Below are positions 24,808 through 37,590 of a stretch of 64,000 nucleotides of DNA, in pieces. Source of the stretch: Felis catus (lineage: Eukaryota); contig NC_058377.1 of the NCBI RefSeq assembly GCF_018350175.1, positions 61,442,001 through 61,506,000 on the forward strand, given 5' to 3'. The translations under genes and the position numbers were made by a program. The notes beneath the pieces are model-generated. The model searched no databases and was not told the DNA's origin. It saw only the letters and a list, made by a program, of their open reading frames with translations. Every line of letters begins with the position of its first letter. The stretch's first letter is position 1.

Positions 24808-25761
24808 TTAGTTTCCAGAAATCTTCTTGCTTGGGAAGAAGAGACCAACCACTCGGTCACGAATCTGCTTGGTCTTGACGCCATACACCAGGGGATTGAC
24901 TGCAGGAGGCACCAAAAGATACAAACTCGCAAAAATTATATGAATGCTTGGAGGTACCTTCTTGCCAATGCGGTGAGTTAGGAAACTAAACAGTGCAGGG
25001 GTGTAGGAGACAAGTATAGTGCACACATGGGCAGCACAGGTGCCCAGCGCTTTCGAGCGGGCATTCTGGGAAGACAGCCGGAAGACTGCCTGGAGGATTT
25101 TGGTATAGGATGTGGCTATGAGCCCTAGGTCCCACACCATCACTGAAAGGGCCACAGAGATTCCGTACACTCTGTTAATGAGGGTGTTGGCACTGGCCAA
25201 CTTCACCACAGCCATGTGCTCACAGTAGGCATGACTGATGACATATTTAGTATAATATGGTAGCCTTTTAATAAGAAGAGGACCTGGAAAAACCATAAGG
25301 ATAGCTCGGGTCATACCAGCTAGACCCATTTTAATGACCGTTGGTGTTGTCAGGATGGTTGTATAACGCAATGGGATACAAATAGCTACATAGCGGTCAA
25401 AGGCCATGGCAACCAAGAGGGATGATTCAATTATGCAGAATGTGTGAATGAAATACAACTGTGTCAGGCAGGTGTCAAAGTCAATCCAATGTGCATCCAT
25501 CCAGAAGATACCAAGCATCTTGGGGGCCGTGGAAGAGGCAAGAGCCATGTCATTCACTGCCAGCATACAAAGGAAGAAATACATAGGCTGGTGGAGGCTT
25601 GGTTCTAGTTTGATGGTGATGATGATTACACTGTTCCCTAGCAGCGCCAGGGCAAACAGGAGGCAGACTGGGATGCCAATCCAGCAGTGAAAATCTTGCA
25701 AACCAGGAATACCAACCAGGAAAAAAGATGAGATGTAGCGATGTGTAGCATTGTCTGCCAT
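24808..25761 (-). CDS. Olfactory receptor, class I, OR52 family (copy B), 317 aa, intact; 308/317 aa identical to copy A
   Basis: Same OR motifs as copy A; 14 nucleotide differences counted over 954 nt. Confidence 0.93.
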   Translation of the reverse strand: MADNATHRYISSFFLVGIPGLQDFHCWIGIPVCLLFALALLGNSVIIITIKLEPSLHQPMYFFLCMLAVNDMALASSTAPKMLGIFWMDAHWIDFDTCLTQLYFIHTFCIIESSLLVAMAFDRYVAICIPLRYTTILTTPTVIKMGLAGMTRAILMVFPGPLLIKRLPYYTKYVISHAYCEHMAVVKLASANTLINRVYGISVALSVMVWDLGLIATSYTKILQAVFRLSSQNARSKALGTCAAHVCTILVSYTPALFSFLTHRIGKKVPPSIHIIFASLYLLVPPAVNPLVYGVKTKQIRDRVVGLFFPSKKISGN

Positions 25762-28259
25762 GTTAGAACTGGAGACCTTGCATGCTCAGATACAAAGTAG
25801 CCAGACTAATCTCCTATGCACAGAAAGCAGGTTGACAGAATGATTGGTTCTGTGTATGGAGATTCCACGCATACTAAAATAGTGCATCTGAAGGGCTGAC
25901 TTTTCCCTGAAACTTCTGTAAGCTGTTGGGTAAATCACTTCACCATTATCTTCATTTGCAAATAAGATCTAGTTAAGTTCTTTTTAAATTTTCTCTTCTA
26001 TGTCCAATTTTATTCTATTCTACTCTTTCATTTTTATTATCTACTAAGTATACAGGTAGTGACAAAATTTCTGCTTCTTTGTGCCTAGTAGTTTTCTGTG
26101 TTTGTGATATAAACAGCTTTAAGAAAGGCAAAGACCACTGATCTTGGGGAATTTTCAATGATGTGTGAAAATGCACGCGGGAATACATAAGCACACACAC
26201 ACATGTGTCCATATTTGCAGTCATTTGCAGGTTATGTAAAAGGCAATTGTAATTTTAATGATATGGTAGTCCACAGACAACTTAATCAAATAATCAGGAA
26301 TGCATAATGAGAAATTCAAGCAGTTTAAATATAACCAGAATTCTTGGGAACATTAAAAAGTAATAAACTCTTATTCTCACCCCTGGTTAATGCTTTCTTA
26401 TTTCAGAAAAGATCTTGAAGATAATCAGAAGGACAGGATATTAGAAGCATGTCTTGAAAGTGAGGACTATCAGCTGAATACAGTAGGAAAACACAAATCT
26501 GCCATTAGGGTTTTCACTGCATATTCTCCAGATATCAGTGTTTTTTGGTTTTTGCTTTTGTTTTTTGCAATGGCTATATTCCACAATATTCTATATAATT
26601 CAAAAACAAGAACTTATATGATTGCATTTATCAGCCCATCCAAATTTATTCATATTTTAATGAATATGTTAATTCTATATTAACTCTATATTATTAAGGA
26701 AAAACTGTTTTTACTGAGCCATCCAAGAAAAGTTAACTTTATTCAACATCTTATAAAGTACCATACTTAAGTTTTAAAAAGATTTACAAGGAAATTAATT
26801 TAACATTTTAAGTGATTAGGGGAGAAAAGCTGTAAATCAGTTATGTGCCCTCCAATTTTTTTGGGGGGGATTTATTTCTTCACTCTTTCAGATAATGTAA
26901 ATATTGCTATCAACACACATCTTCAGTTAATAGGAATAATGTAAGTCCATTTGGTGTTCTGCCCCCTCTGACTCCTAGCCTTGACCTTGGGTTTGCAACC
27001 TGCCTAATGGCAATGAATAGCAAATCAACATCAATCCAGTCCTCCTGGTGTCAGCGCCACAAGCATCTTTTCATGATCCTTTCCTGATCTTGTCTTTTCA
27101 TTCAGATAACTGCCCTTAACCTTCTTCTGACGATCTAATTTCCTCCCAATATCATAATTTTGGATGCACTTCCCAGTCTTCATAACATACCTTTTGAAAT
27201 TTGTAATTGTCCTCAATGGCTGCTCCTGAACTCAACCGATATGAAAGGTCAATAAATATTAATAAATATTCCTATTGACAATGCCTCTATGTTTGAATTT
27301 CCACCTAATATCTGTGAGGGAAAAACTTTCTGGTTATAATACGCACATTCTCCTAGCAAGCGCATGCTACTCTGGACCTGAGTAAGTATCTGAGGTGTTT
27401 CTTTGTAAGGAAGTGAGAATTCAAATTTTAGTTAATTATTGTAAACATCTTAGAAGAATTTAGAATTTAAACATTATACAAACACCCAGATTTAGTGGAT
27501 TGCCACATCGGATGTGAGGCCCACAACTTCAGGTAGAGATAAGATACCCTGGGGCAAGAAACTGTGAGTATCGAACATTTAAACTATAAAAAGTAAGTTT
27601 AATAAAAAGAGTACTTAATACCTTTACAGGTTTGTCCATGTTCCATGATTTTTCCTCCTTAGTGTAGAACCAAAAATTCAAAAGGACGGTTGGCAGAGAA
27701 CTAAGTATGCAGCAATCAAAATAATACACCTAGAGATATAGACATGATTTCTAGCCAGAAAAAATTACATAAAATAAAAAATAAGCTTAATTGCTTTGTG
27801 ATACGTACATACTTACTAACCAGAGTAGGTCTATAGGCATCAGTAAATTTACTTATAAGACAATGCTAAGAGAAAGATGTTAAGTTGTTTCAATTTATAG
27901 ACAGCCAGGCTCCCTTCAGGGCACTAGAATGTGTAACATAGGGAACCACAGAGAACAAACTCCAAGTACATGTCAGCCTATTCTGAATGAACTCAGCAAG
28001 GTTGTTCATTACCTTATATTTAGCAGATTGCCACGGAGGTCAGAAAGTCCCCACACCCTCCTAGTTTCCTGTTAGTTCTGTTTTTGTATCAGTTTCTGAA
28101 ACATACAGATACAATGTTCCTTCTGCCAGCCGGGTTCTGGCATTTTACCTGCATCTGGGTTAGTTAGCAGAATCCTTTGCCTTTCATCTGCCATTCCAGA
28201 GAGGATAGTGGTAGTGGCCATGTAATGCTTTCTGTATGATCTGTCATATATATAAATAT

Positions 28260-28900
28260 GTCCCACACAACATTCACTATTTTCCTGAAAGCTCCCCTAC
28301 CATCTGTCTGTATCTCATTTGCTGGTAACAGCAACCACACAGTCGTTGAAGCCAAAAATCTCAGAGTTATCCTTGACCCTTTGCCATTTGCAACCTTAAT
28401 AGTACAATCAAGCAGCTATTACATCTTGACGAATTTAATTATTTGATACCTATCAAATACGGCATGTGCCATCATCTCCATCTCCTTTAGCTGTGACATT
28501 CATTAACTTCCATGTAGTCTGTGACCTGGCCTTCTAATTATTCTTCCTATTTCAGGTTTTTCCTTAGTCCATCTTCTCACATGATCAGCTATCTTTCAAA
28601 AGTTAGATATGATTAGTTTGCTCCAAATGTCATCTTTGAAAGCATCATCTTATTTTAAAAAATGTTAACTCAGTTTGTCACTTGTGTTTACCTTTTTCAA
28701 GCCCCCAATCTTGCCACTGCTTCGCTTCAATGTGTTCCAGAACTTCTAGTAGTTCTGGGATCATACTATACAGTTTTTACTTTTTTATGACTTTAAACTG
28801 ACCCTACCCTTGGATTTGACTAATTTTTCCCTTATTAGCCTGATAAGCTTTTATCTATCTTTTTAATTCCTGCTGAACATTCTCTGATTTTCTGAAGTGT
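28260..28900 (-). mobile_element. L2 LINE fragment (homologous relic also at ~16360-16520)
   Basis: gtatctcatttgctgg...aaaaatctcagagttatccttgac...caatcaagcagc resembles antisense L2 3' region. Confidence 0.55.
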
Positions 28901-29526
28901 TTGCTATCTACTTCAAACAGTTAATGACTTCTCCTATGCAATACTCCTATATCTTTCACACACATTGATGAGCACAAGTGCTACATCTTTTGGTAGCTAT
29001 TCATTTACATACCTGTTCTAAGTACTCCACTATCACATGAGACACGGAATAAAAGGACCACATATTAAGGACTTGGTGTCCCCAGTGTTTTGCTCACTTC
29101 CTGACACAGTGGAAGCAACTAGACTGTCAGTGATTTGACATTAACTGAGATATTCTTTCTACAAGATAATGTCACATTATAATAGCGTAAAGGTGGTTTT
29201 GAATCATGGGAGCACCTTATGTTCTATGTTGGCAAATGGGAAAACTGGTGGTTCTAGATTTTCTAAATATCCCTTCATCAACAAATACAGTCCTCCTCCA
29301 GCCTAATCAAAGATAGTACATTCTTTTAGTTTTCATCAATACTGTGCTTCCTTTCAAAAAGCAGCATAGAGTGGAAGTGTAACATCACGTCCAAAGGACC
29401 CCTATGTGTTAAATCTTAAATGGGTACAGAAGGAATTATTTTGAGACATGGAGAATAGCATTTCATAATTGTTTTTAGTGACAGACATAAATTCACAACC
29501 TACTTTTTTTTCTCTTCATAAAGGAA

Positions 29527-29620
29527 TATATATATATACATATATAGAGAGTGTATTATGTGTATTACATGTATTATGTGTGTATATATATATATATATA
29601 CACACACACATAATATGTGT

Positions 29621-29652
<32 letters not shown>

Positions 29653-29659
29653 GTATATA
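29527..29659. repeat. Imperfect (TA)n/(TG)n/(CA)n low-complexity repeat
   Basis: Visible dinucleotide runs. Confidence 0.9.
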
Positions 29660-30482
29660 ATCTGCATTTTGCTTTCATTCTTTCCAGAAACTACTGTTAT
29701 TCAAAATTTGCGACCATTCAAGGAACAAATGTATTAAAATAGTTGAGAGCAACATATATGTGCCAAATCTATATTTTCAGCACCTTAAATGGGGGTAAGG
29801 GCTTGAGGAAAAGACTTACGTGTATTTTGGAAGATAACAAAACCAATTTATCTTTTCCAGCAGCAAAAGCCAAAGAAAAGAATGAAACTCAAGTCTTCAT
29901 CCCATAAAATTCTATCCCGTTTTCTATCTTAAAAAAAAAAGACAAAGAAGTGGGGAAAAATAAAAAGGTGTTTTTCTTACGTAGGTGATTCTCTTAAATT
30001 GTCGTGATCTGGAGTGTTCACGAGACTCACCCTTGCACTGCTGTATTTCATTTCATGCACTTTCATACCTCCTACTCCAAACAAAGTTCATCATCAGAAC
30101 TGATGTCTAACTGGATCTCACCCATATTCGCTGACTTTGCCATATGGCTTGTGTTTTATGTTACTACTTGCATTGCTGCTATATTAATAGATGAATTTGA
30201 AATATATATGCATAGACCCTTTCTCACCCACTGGCCATTCATCATTACCAGTTTCCTTCCTCCAAAGACAAACTCACTACACTATACGTCATCCCACATG
30301 CATTTATCATCATCTACAACTGGACCTCCTGAAAACTTAAATTCCAAAAAAACTGCATCTATTCCTCTCTCATACTCTAGCACACAGCATTAATTCTTGC
30401 TCTCTAGATAAAAAGATTTTGTGACACATCACTTCAAACTTTTATTCATCAGCATACCCAAATATCTCATTCCATTTGCTTT

Positions 30483-30964
30483 TTCAGGGACCAAGAACAG
30501 GCTGCCCCAAGATGGGCCACTTTGGCATGAAGACTACCCTGAGCTGAAGATTATCAAGACCCTACAGGCTCAAGAGAGCCTTCTGTCCCTCCATTAAGTA
30601 CCTACAACAATCTAAACTGGGAGCCTCTTCCAGAATATGGGTTATTAACAGAGAAGGATTTTATCTGAGCTATCTGTATGGCAGGGCAAATATCTAATTA
30701 CCAAACATCTGTTCTTCTTCTTATTGTCCTATGAACTGCATTCTTCCCTCTGAAGTCCCAGACCCCTAAGACCTTCTCTTTAGTTCAGGGTAGCTTTTAG
30801 ACCTCATTGTACCTGACTGTCTCTGGAATTTCCATGTCTGTATGGATTCCCTGTATGCACACTATTATATTTGGTTTTCTCCTGTTAATCTGTCTCATGT
30901 CAATTTGATACTTATTCCAGCTAGAAGGACTCTTGAAGGGGACAGGAATCCTTCCTCCCGGACA
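30483..30964 (+). mobile_element. Solo LTR, ERV1 class (MER34/MER39-related)
   Basis: Starts t(t)caggga...gctgccccaagatgggccactttggcat, ends ttcctcccggaca; 4-bp TSD cttt. Confidence 0.75.
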
Positions 30965-33900
30965 CTTTCCTTCTCATCCATTTTGCAGTTCTTCCACTTT
31001 GTTTCCAACTCTTTTGCTTCTGTGCCTGAGATATGGAGCACTACTGGGGGAAATTATAGCTGTAGGGATTAGTATTACTTAAACTGTATCTCAGTTTTCT
31101 AAACTCTAAAATGTGGGTAGTAAAAATATATTTCATTTTATTGTGTTGTTTTGAGGAGTATATAACCTAATTATAGGAAATGTTTAGTCAGCCACCTGGC
31201 GCATAGTAATCACCTAACAAGTGCTAGCTAATGTTATGAGAAATGCTATTCAAAGAATAGCATTCCACAGGTAGAAACTCTGACTATGACACTTAATAGG
31301 TATTTGATTTCCACCTGATAAAAACTATGCCTTTGTTTCTTTAACAGTGTGACAGAATAACAATAGGAAGCACTCATTCAACTGGTTTCTACAAGAATTG
31401 AACAAGACTATTCACATAAATAAGACCATATTAACATAATTAAAAACTGGCATTTAGAAAAGTGGCTGGAACATAGTCAACACTCACAAATGTTACCTAT
31501 TAATAAATTTAATTGACTTACACTTACTGTGTTGTCCTTGTACCAGATTGGATACTTGCTGCTTAGAAGGGAAAAGTGTTAAGGATTATAAATTTCCTGA
31601 GAATTCCTATTCGACTTGCAAACACTCTTAAATTATATTCACTTCCACCACTCCCATCCAAAGACATCAAAGACATGAGAGAAGGAATCCTTCTCCATGT
31701 CCTTGGTTAATGATCCACTCATCTATCCTCCAAACCAGTAATCTGCTCTTAGACAGATTCACTAAACCGATAACCTGTGTCCTCTTAAATTTGAACTTCC
31801 TCACCACTGTGTCCTCTTAGTTCATTGCATTAACTTTAAAACTCACTAATGTTTTGCTGTTCTCCATTTACTTCAGCTGATTTCTGACACATTTCTTGGA
31901 AGAAAATTGAAAATTCCTTATTTCTTAACATTAGTGTGGTGCCCCCTACAGATAAGAAAACTGCTTTTGCAAAGTTGGTTAACAATCGCTTAAAAATGAA
32001 TGAGACTATCCCTGACTTGTTTGTGACTCCTTATTTTCATGTTCATCTCTTTCATGAGACTGTGAGCATCATACAAATAAAGATACTGAAACCCAGTAAA
32101 CTGCTAATAAATTCTGAGTGCAAACAGTATGTTTTCGTACCTCCTCAGCAGTCTTAAGTAGTTCCCATATTTTTATCCTGTAATTCCTGCCTCTGACCCA
32201 CTAGGGACGGCCAATAGCTCCATGGTCATCTACTACTTCTGCTCTTCACTTTCTTCAACTGCTTTCTGTAAATATAATCCTTTAACATGTGACCACCATG
32301 AGTTACACAACCAGAAACCAGTATGTAATAGGAAGTTCTTAGACTCTTGCGTAAAAAGAAAAAAGAATTAGTACTTTTTTTTAACATTGGAGAATATTCC
32401 CTCCTTATTCTCTAGTACCAGATCACATTACTCCTCCTGTCTCTTGCAAACATGTATTATGATATTTAGGCAGCTAAATATCTTCTTTTCCCGTTTGACT
32501 GCCACCTGCTTGATCTAAAATAATACCACATATAATGACATGAATTCTTGTTCTCTGCAAATCTTCAAATGATGATTTGCCATTGCCATGTCCAGACAAA
32601 ACCACTTACCTAGGAATGGTTAAAAGGTATGACAGTGGTGACTTCAGGGGCACTGAGGCCTCTGCGGGCAAGATGGTATCCATGGCTGCCTTGCAATGGG
32701 TTATTACGATGTTCAAGGATCTCATAAGGTTTTGGAAAGCCAAGAAGTCCTCTGATTGTATACACAGGAGACATCAAGATGGAGGGAAAATAAGACAGGC
32801 CAGCACTATGCACAGACATATTAACACTAGGGCAGACATAGAACACTGGGACTCCCCAGAGTTCATGTGTGGATAAAGCTCATATGTTTCTATTTTGTCT
32901 CTACAGAGACAGGCCTAAAATGCCCAGTGTCCCTGGACTGTTAATCAAATGATTAGTCCATATAGAATGTTGTAAGAAGACCAAGAAATAAAAATGACCT
33001 TAGTGTAGACAGACAGTCTGACAATTCCTATTGACTCGGGAAATAATAAGGTCTGAATTGATTATGATCCAGGCTATTTCAAGATCCCCATTTTATTATT
33101 CTTTTCTCTTGTTCCATTTACTGTGACATGATATCCATATGTGTGGTTACTTTGTAATTCTTCTCACCATGTTCATGGGTCCTCATACACACTCACAGAC
33201 TCAGGTGTATTCTCTGTTCTCTTATCAGTTTTTCACAAATTATATTTTCGTTGCTCAGGATTTTAAGCCTCTGATATTTTCTGGTTTAATATGGTAAAAA
33301 ATGATACTTCAAATATTCATAGATTTCAGACACTGCATTTCTTCTATTCCTAATGCAGCTGAGCATCCTTGCATATGCTGGAGGGTCACCGTAATGTCAT
33401 TTGTGTTTTTTTTCTCATGTTAAGTAGTTGTTTTCACTTATTGACTAATTTTATCGTCCCTTTTGAGTTTTTCTTGTTGATTTTCAGGTTCTTCTTACAT
33501 ATTCTAACCTAAAACTAGTGATGAATTCTGCCAATGACTTCTAATTGGGTATTTATGTGTTAACATTGTCCATAATGCCTTTAGGTGAAAAAGAAAATCC
33601 TTCACTTCAATGTAAAGTCATCCAAATTTTGCCTATTTTTTAAATAGTTCACCCTGATTTTAACATTTTCCCCACCTTTTCCCTTGGACTTTAACCCCTA
33701 AGGTCTATTTTTGAACTCATTTCATGCTTAATCTCTGAAAATCTAGAATAATGACCCTATACCTAAGTGTTGGCTGCTCACCCTCCTTCTTTCCCCACTT
33801 GGATTCTGAATGGTGTCTCACTCCTGGCTTTTTTCAGCCTGGCAGATTTCACCCTCTGAACACTAGTTTTATCATTTTCCTTAAAAATTCACCACAATTC

Positions 33901-34127
33901 ATTCTTTCTTTCCATTTCTTGTTCTTGTTCTTTTCTATTTGTGAGCCAGTGCCATTAACTTCAAAATAACCTTGAAAGTGCATAAAAGTAATTATCTTTC
34001 ATATTCTCCACAACATTCATATCATCTTGTCCATCTATCCCGGTGTGGTTATCCCTCCTGTGAATAATATGAATGTTCTCTGAAATGAAAGTAACAGGTC
34101 TCTGGGCAATGTTAATAAATTTTATTG

Positions 34128-35235
34128 CAAGAAAACAATCAACAAAACTAAAAGACAACCCTTGGAGTGGGAGCAGATATTTGCAAATGGCATCTGATAA
34201 AATCCATAAAGAACTTATGAAACTTAACACTCAAAAAACAAATAATCCAGTGAAGAAATGGGCAGAAGACATGATAGACATTTTCCCAAAGAAGACAGAC
34301 AGATAGCTAACAGACACATGAAAAGATGCTCAATATCACTGATCATTAGGGATATAGAAATCAAAACTGGTAAGATACTACCTCACACCTGTCAGAATGG
34401 CTAAAATTAACAACAAAAGAAACAACAGATGTTGGTCAGGATGTGGAAAAAAGGTGAACCCTCTTACACTGTTGGTAGGAATGCAAACTGGTGCAGCCAC
34501 TCTGGAAAACAGTACAGACGTTTCTCAAAAAGTTAATAATAGAACTACTCTACGACCCAGCAAATGCACTACCAGGTATTTACCCAAAGGATACAAAAGT
34601 ACTGATTCAAAAGGGCACATGCACCCCAATGTTTATAGCAGCGCTATCAACAATAGCCAAATTATGGAAATAGCCCAAATGTCCATCAGCTGAATGGGTA
34701 AAGAAGATGTGAGATATATATAGATATAGGTATAGATATAGAGATAGATATATATATATGATTATTACAATATATTATTATAATTATATATATACATATA
34801 TTATATATATATAATATATATATATAATGGAATATTAGCCATAAAAATGAAATCTTTGACATCTACAACCACATGGATGGAGGTAGAGTGTATTATGCTA
34901 AGCAAAACAAGTCAGTCAGAGAAAGGCAAATGTCATATGATTTCTCTCATATGTAGAATTTAAGAAACAAAACAGATGAACACAGAGGAAGGAGAAAAAG
35001 GAGAGGGAGGCAAACCATAAGTGACTCTTAACTATAGAGAAAAAACTGAGGGTTGCTTGGAGGAGAGGTAGGCAGGGGATGAGATAGATGGGTGATGGGT
35101 ATTAAGGAGGGCACTTGTGATGAGCGCTGGGTGTTATCTGTAAGTGATGAGTCACTAAATTTTACTCCTGAAACCAATTTTACACTATATGCTAAGTAGA
35201 ATTTTAATAAAAACTTTAAGAAAAAAAAGAAAACA
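34128..35235 (+). mobile_element. 5'-truncated carnivore L1 (ORF2 C-terminus plus 3'UTR and A tail)
   Basis: Decayed frames reading [19 protein letters not shown]; ends aataaaaactttaagaaaaaaaaag. Confidence 0.9.
34713..34827. repeat. (TA)-rich microsatellite inside L1
   Basis: Expansion between aagaagatgtg and aatggaatatt. Confidence 0.9.
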
Positions 35236-35684
35236 TATGTACTTCAGTTGCATAAAGATGTAGTTTCTAGTCTATTTAAATATAAAGACATGCTTTGGGT
35301 AAGTTTTTTTTATCGACTCACATAAGGAATAATTTTGCTTTCAGTAATTGTATATTGAAAAAACACATTATGAAAAATATAGTGGTAACAATGTAATAAT
35401 GAATGAGCTGCATATTATCAATCATAGCATTTATATACCTTGAAAAACACTTATATGCATGTAAAATTGTATTCAAACAATCTGCAAAAGATGCTTGATA
35501 AATGCTTGGACTTATGCATCATTTGCAGTGAGTTTATTGCTCTCTAGGCCTCAGGAGTCCGTAGGTTGGGAACCACTGTTATAATGGATTTTTTTTTGTC
35601 TTCTTGATCTCTGCCTTTCATCACCCCCCAAATTTTATTTTCCTCCTTCTACTTAATTATCAATAAATCCATTTTGGCACTGTA

Positions 35685-35685
<1 letters not shown>

Positions 35686-35724
<39 letters not shown>
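35686..35724. repeat. (TAAA)n tetranucleotide repeat
   Basis: About 10 units. Confidence 0.95.
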
Positions 35725-36175
35725 ATATTATAGCAAAATAGATGTGATAGCCTAATTTTATGCCCATAGAACCAAAACCATTTTGAATAAGTGATACGTG
35801 GTCTTAGGGTTTGAGAGGAATCAAGATGTTCTGTGACAATTATTGCTCTAAATGAAAGAAATTGGTCTTGATTATAATTACATCTGAGTTTGGTTTTACA
35901 TAAGTTACCATATAACTCTACTAGGTTATGTTGCTAGCCACAAGGAGCTAGTATATTTCTTGACAGACATTTAGACCAAAATCAGCTTCTTCCATTTAGC
36001 TCACATGGACATAACTTTAATGAAAATGGAGACTCACGTTTGCATCCAAAGACATATGAGCTAATCATATCTAAATACCCTGTGGTGTTTACCATGACAG
36101 AAAATTTTGTCTCAATTTTTAAAGCTATTCTGTGACCAGCGTTCACTTGCCACAAATAAAATGTTGACTATACCA

Positions 36176-36392
36176 GGGGCACCTGGGTGACTCAGTCGGT
36201 CAAATGTCCAACTCTTGATTTCCACTCAGGTCATGATCTCACAGTTGGTGAGTTTGAGCCTTAGGTCAAGTTCTACGCTGAAAATGTGGAGCCTGCCTAG
36301 GAATCCCTCTCTCTCTCTTTCTCTCTCTTTCTCTGTCTCTTTCTCTCTCAAAAGTAAATAAATATTCAAAAAAACTTTTTAATAAAAAATAA
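36176..36392 (+). mobile_element. CanSINE
   Basis: ggggcacctgggtgactcagtcggtcaaatg head, (CT)n, A tail. Confidence 0.9.
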
Positions 36393-37441
36393 AAATATAA
36401 AGTGTTGGATGTCTTAGAGCCCAGAGGTAAATTTACTCCGAAAAATTAGTCCATAAATTATTTACTAAAATTAAATATAAGCTAAGTTTCTTGAGAAATC
36501 TTATTGACAATGATTAACCTTAAATTTATTCAGCCAAGATTTAGTGATGTGTGGAACTGTTTCTGTAACAAACTAAAGCCTTATTCTGATTTCTTTCTGT
36601 TGTTCCATTTTGTCATCATGGAAATATAGAATATATTTAGAACAAGAATAGTGAATTTTAGAGTTCATTTAATTAAAACTTTTTGTTAACATTTTGGGAA
36701 ATAACATGGAATGGCTCTTCAATACATTAAAATAAAGAGTATATCTTGACAATTTTATTGTCATAAAATTAATAAATATTAGCTACTGAAACACAAAGGT
36801 ATACAAGTTATAGAATAGCATTTATTTTAACAGCTCCCCATCTACCCTAAATAAGAGATTTTGGTGTTCAAATATGTGATATTTATCTCCAAAAACCTTT
36901 TGCTGACTTACACTCATATTAAAAGCATAAACGAGCTTCTGTATCTTAACAAGTTCAGCAACACTAGATCCTGATAACCGTAATTTATTTTTCCAGTAGT
37001 GTATCAAATATTAAATTGTATTTAACTTATTATTTTAAATGTTGTAGTCATTTAATTTAATTTATTTATTTGTATTTAATTTTATTTTTTATTTTTTAAA
37101 ATTTACATCCAAATTAGTTAGCATATAGCAAAACAATGATTTCAGGAGTAGATTCCTTAATGCCCCTTACCCATTTAGCCCATCCCCCCTCCCACAACCC
37201 TTCCAGCAACCCTGTTTGTTCTCCATATTTATGAGTCTCTTCTGTTTTGTCCCCCTCCCTGTTTTTATATTATTTTTGTTTCCCTTCCCTGATGTTCATC
37301 TGTTTTGTCTCTTAATGTCCTCATATGAGAGAAGTCATATGATTTTTGTCTTTTGTCTGACTGAAATTTCACTTAGCATAATACCCTCCAGTTCTATCCA
37401 CGAAGTTGCAAATGGCAAGATTTCATTCTTTTGGATTGCCG

Positions 37442-37590
37442 NNNNNNNNNNNNNNNNNNNNNNNNNNNNNNNNNNNNNNNNNNNNNNNNNNNNNNNNNNN
37501 NNNNNNNNNNNNNNNNNNNNNNNNNNNNNNNNNNNNNNNNNNNNNNNNNNNNNNNNNNNNNNNNNNNNNNNNNNNNNNNNNNNNNNNNNN
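37442..37590. other. Assembly gap (~149 N) in the L1 3' region
   Basis: Run of N. Confidence 0.97.

Noticed and set aside
12582-25825. Recent 12.2-kb tandem segmental duplication to explain the OR pair
   Set aside because: Flanks are too divergent and carry different SINE/LTR insertions
27031-27216. 61-aa lysine-rich ORF that looked like a processed pseudogene fragment
   Set aside because: No protein recognised, no poly(A) or TSD, and the segment aligns with noncoding flank of copy A (~14600-15000) where no ORF exists
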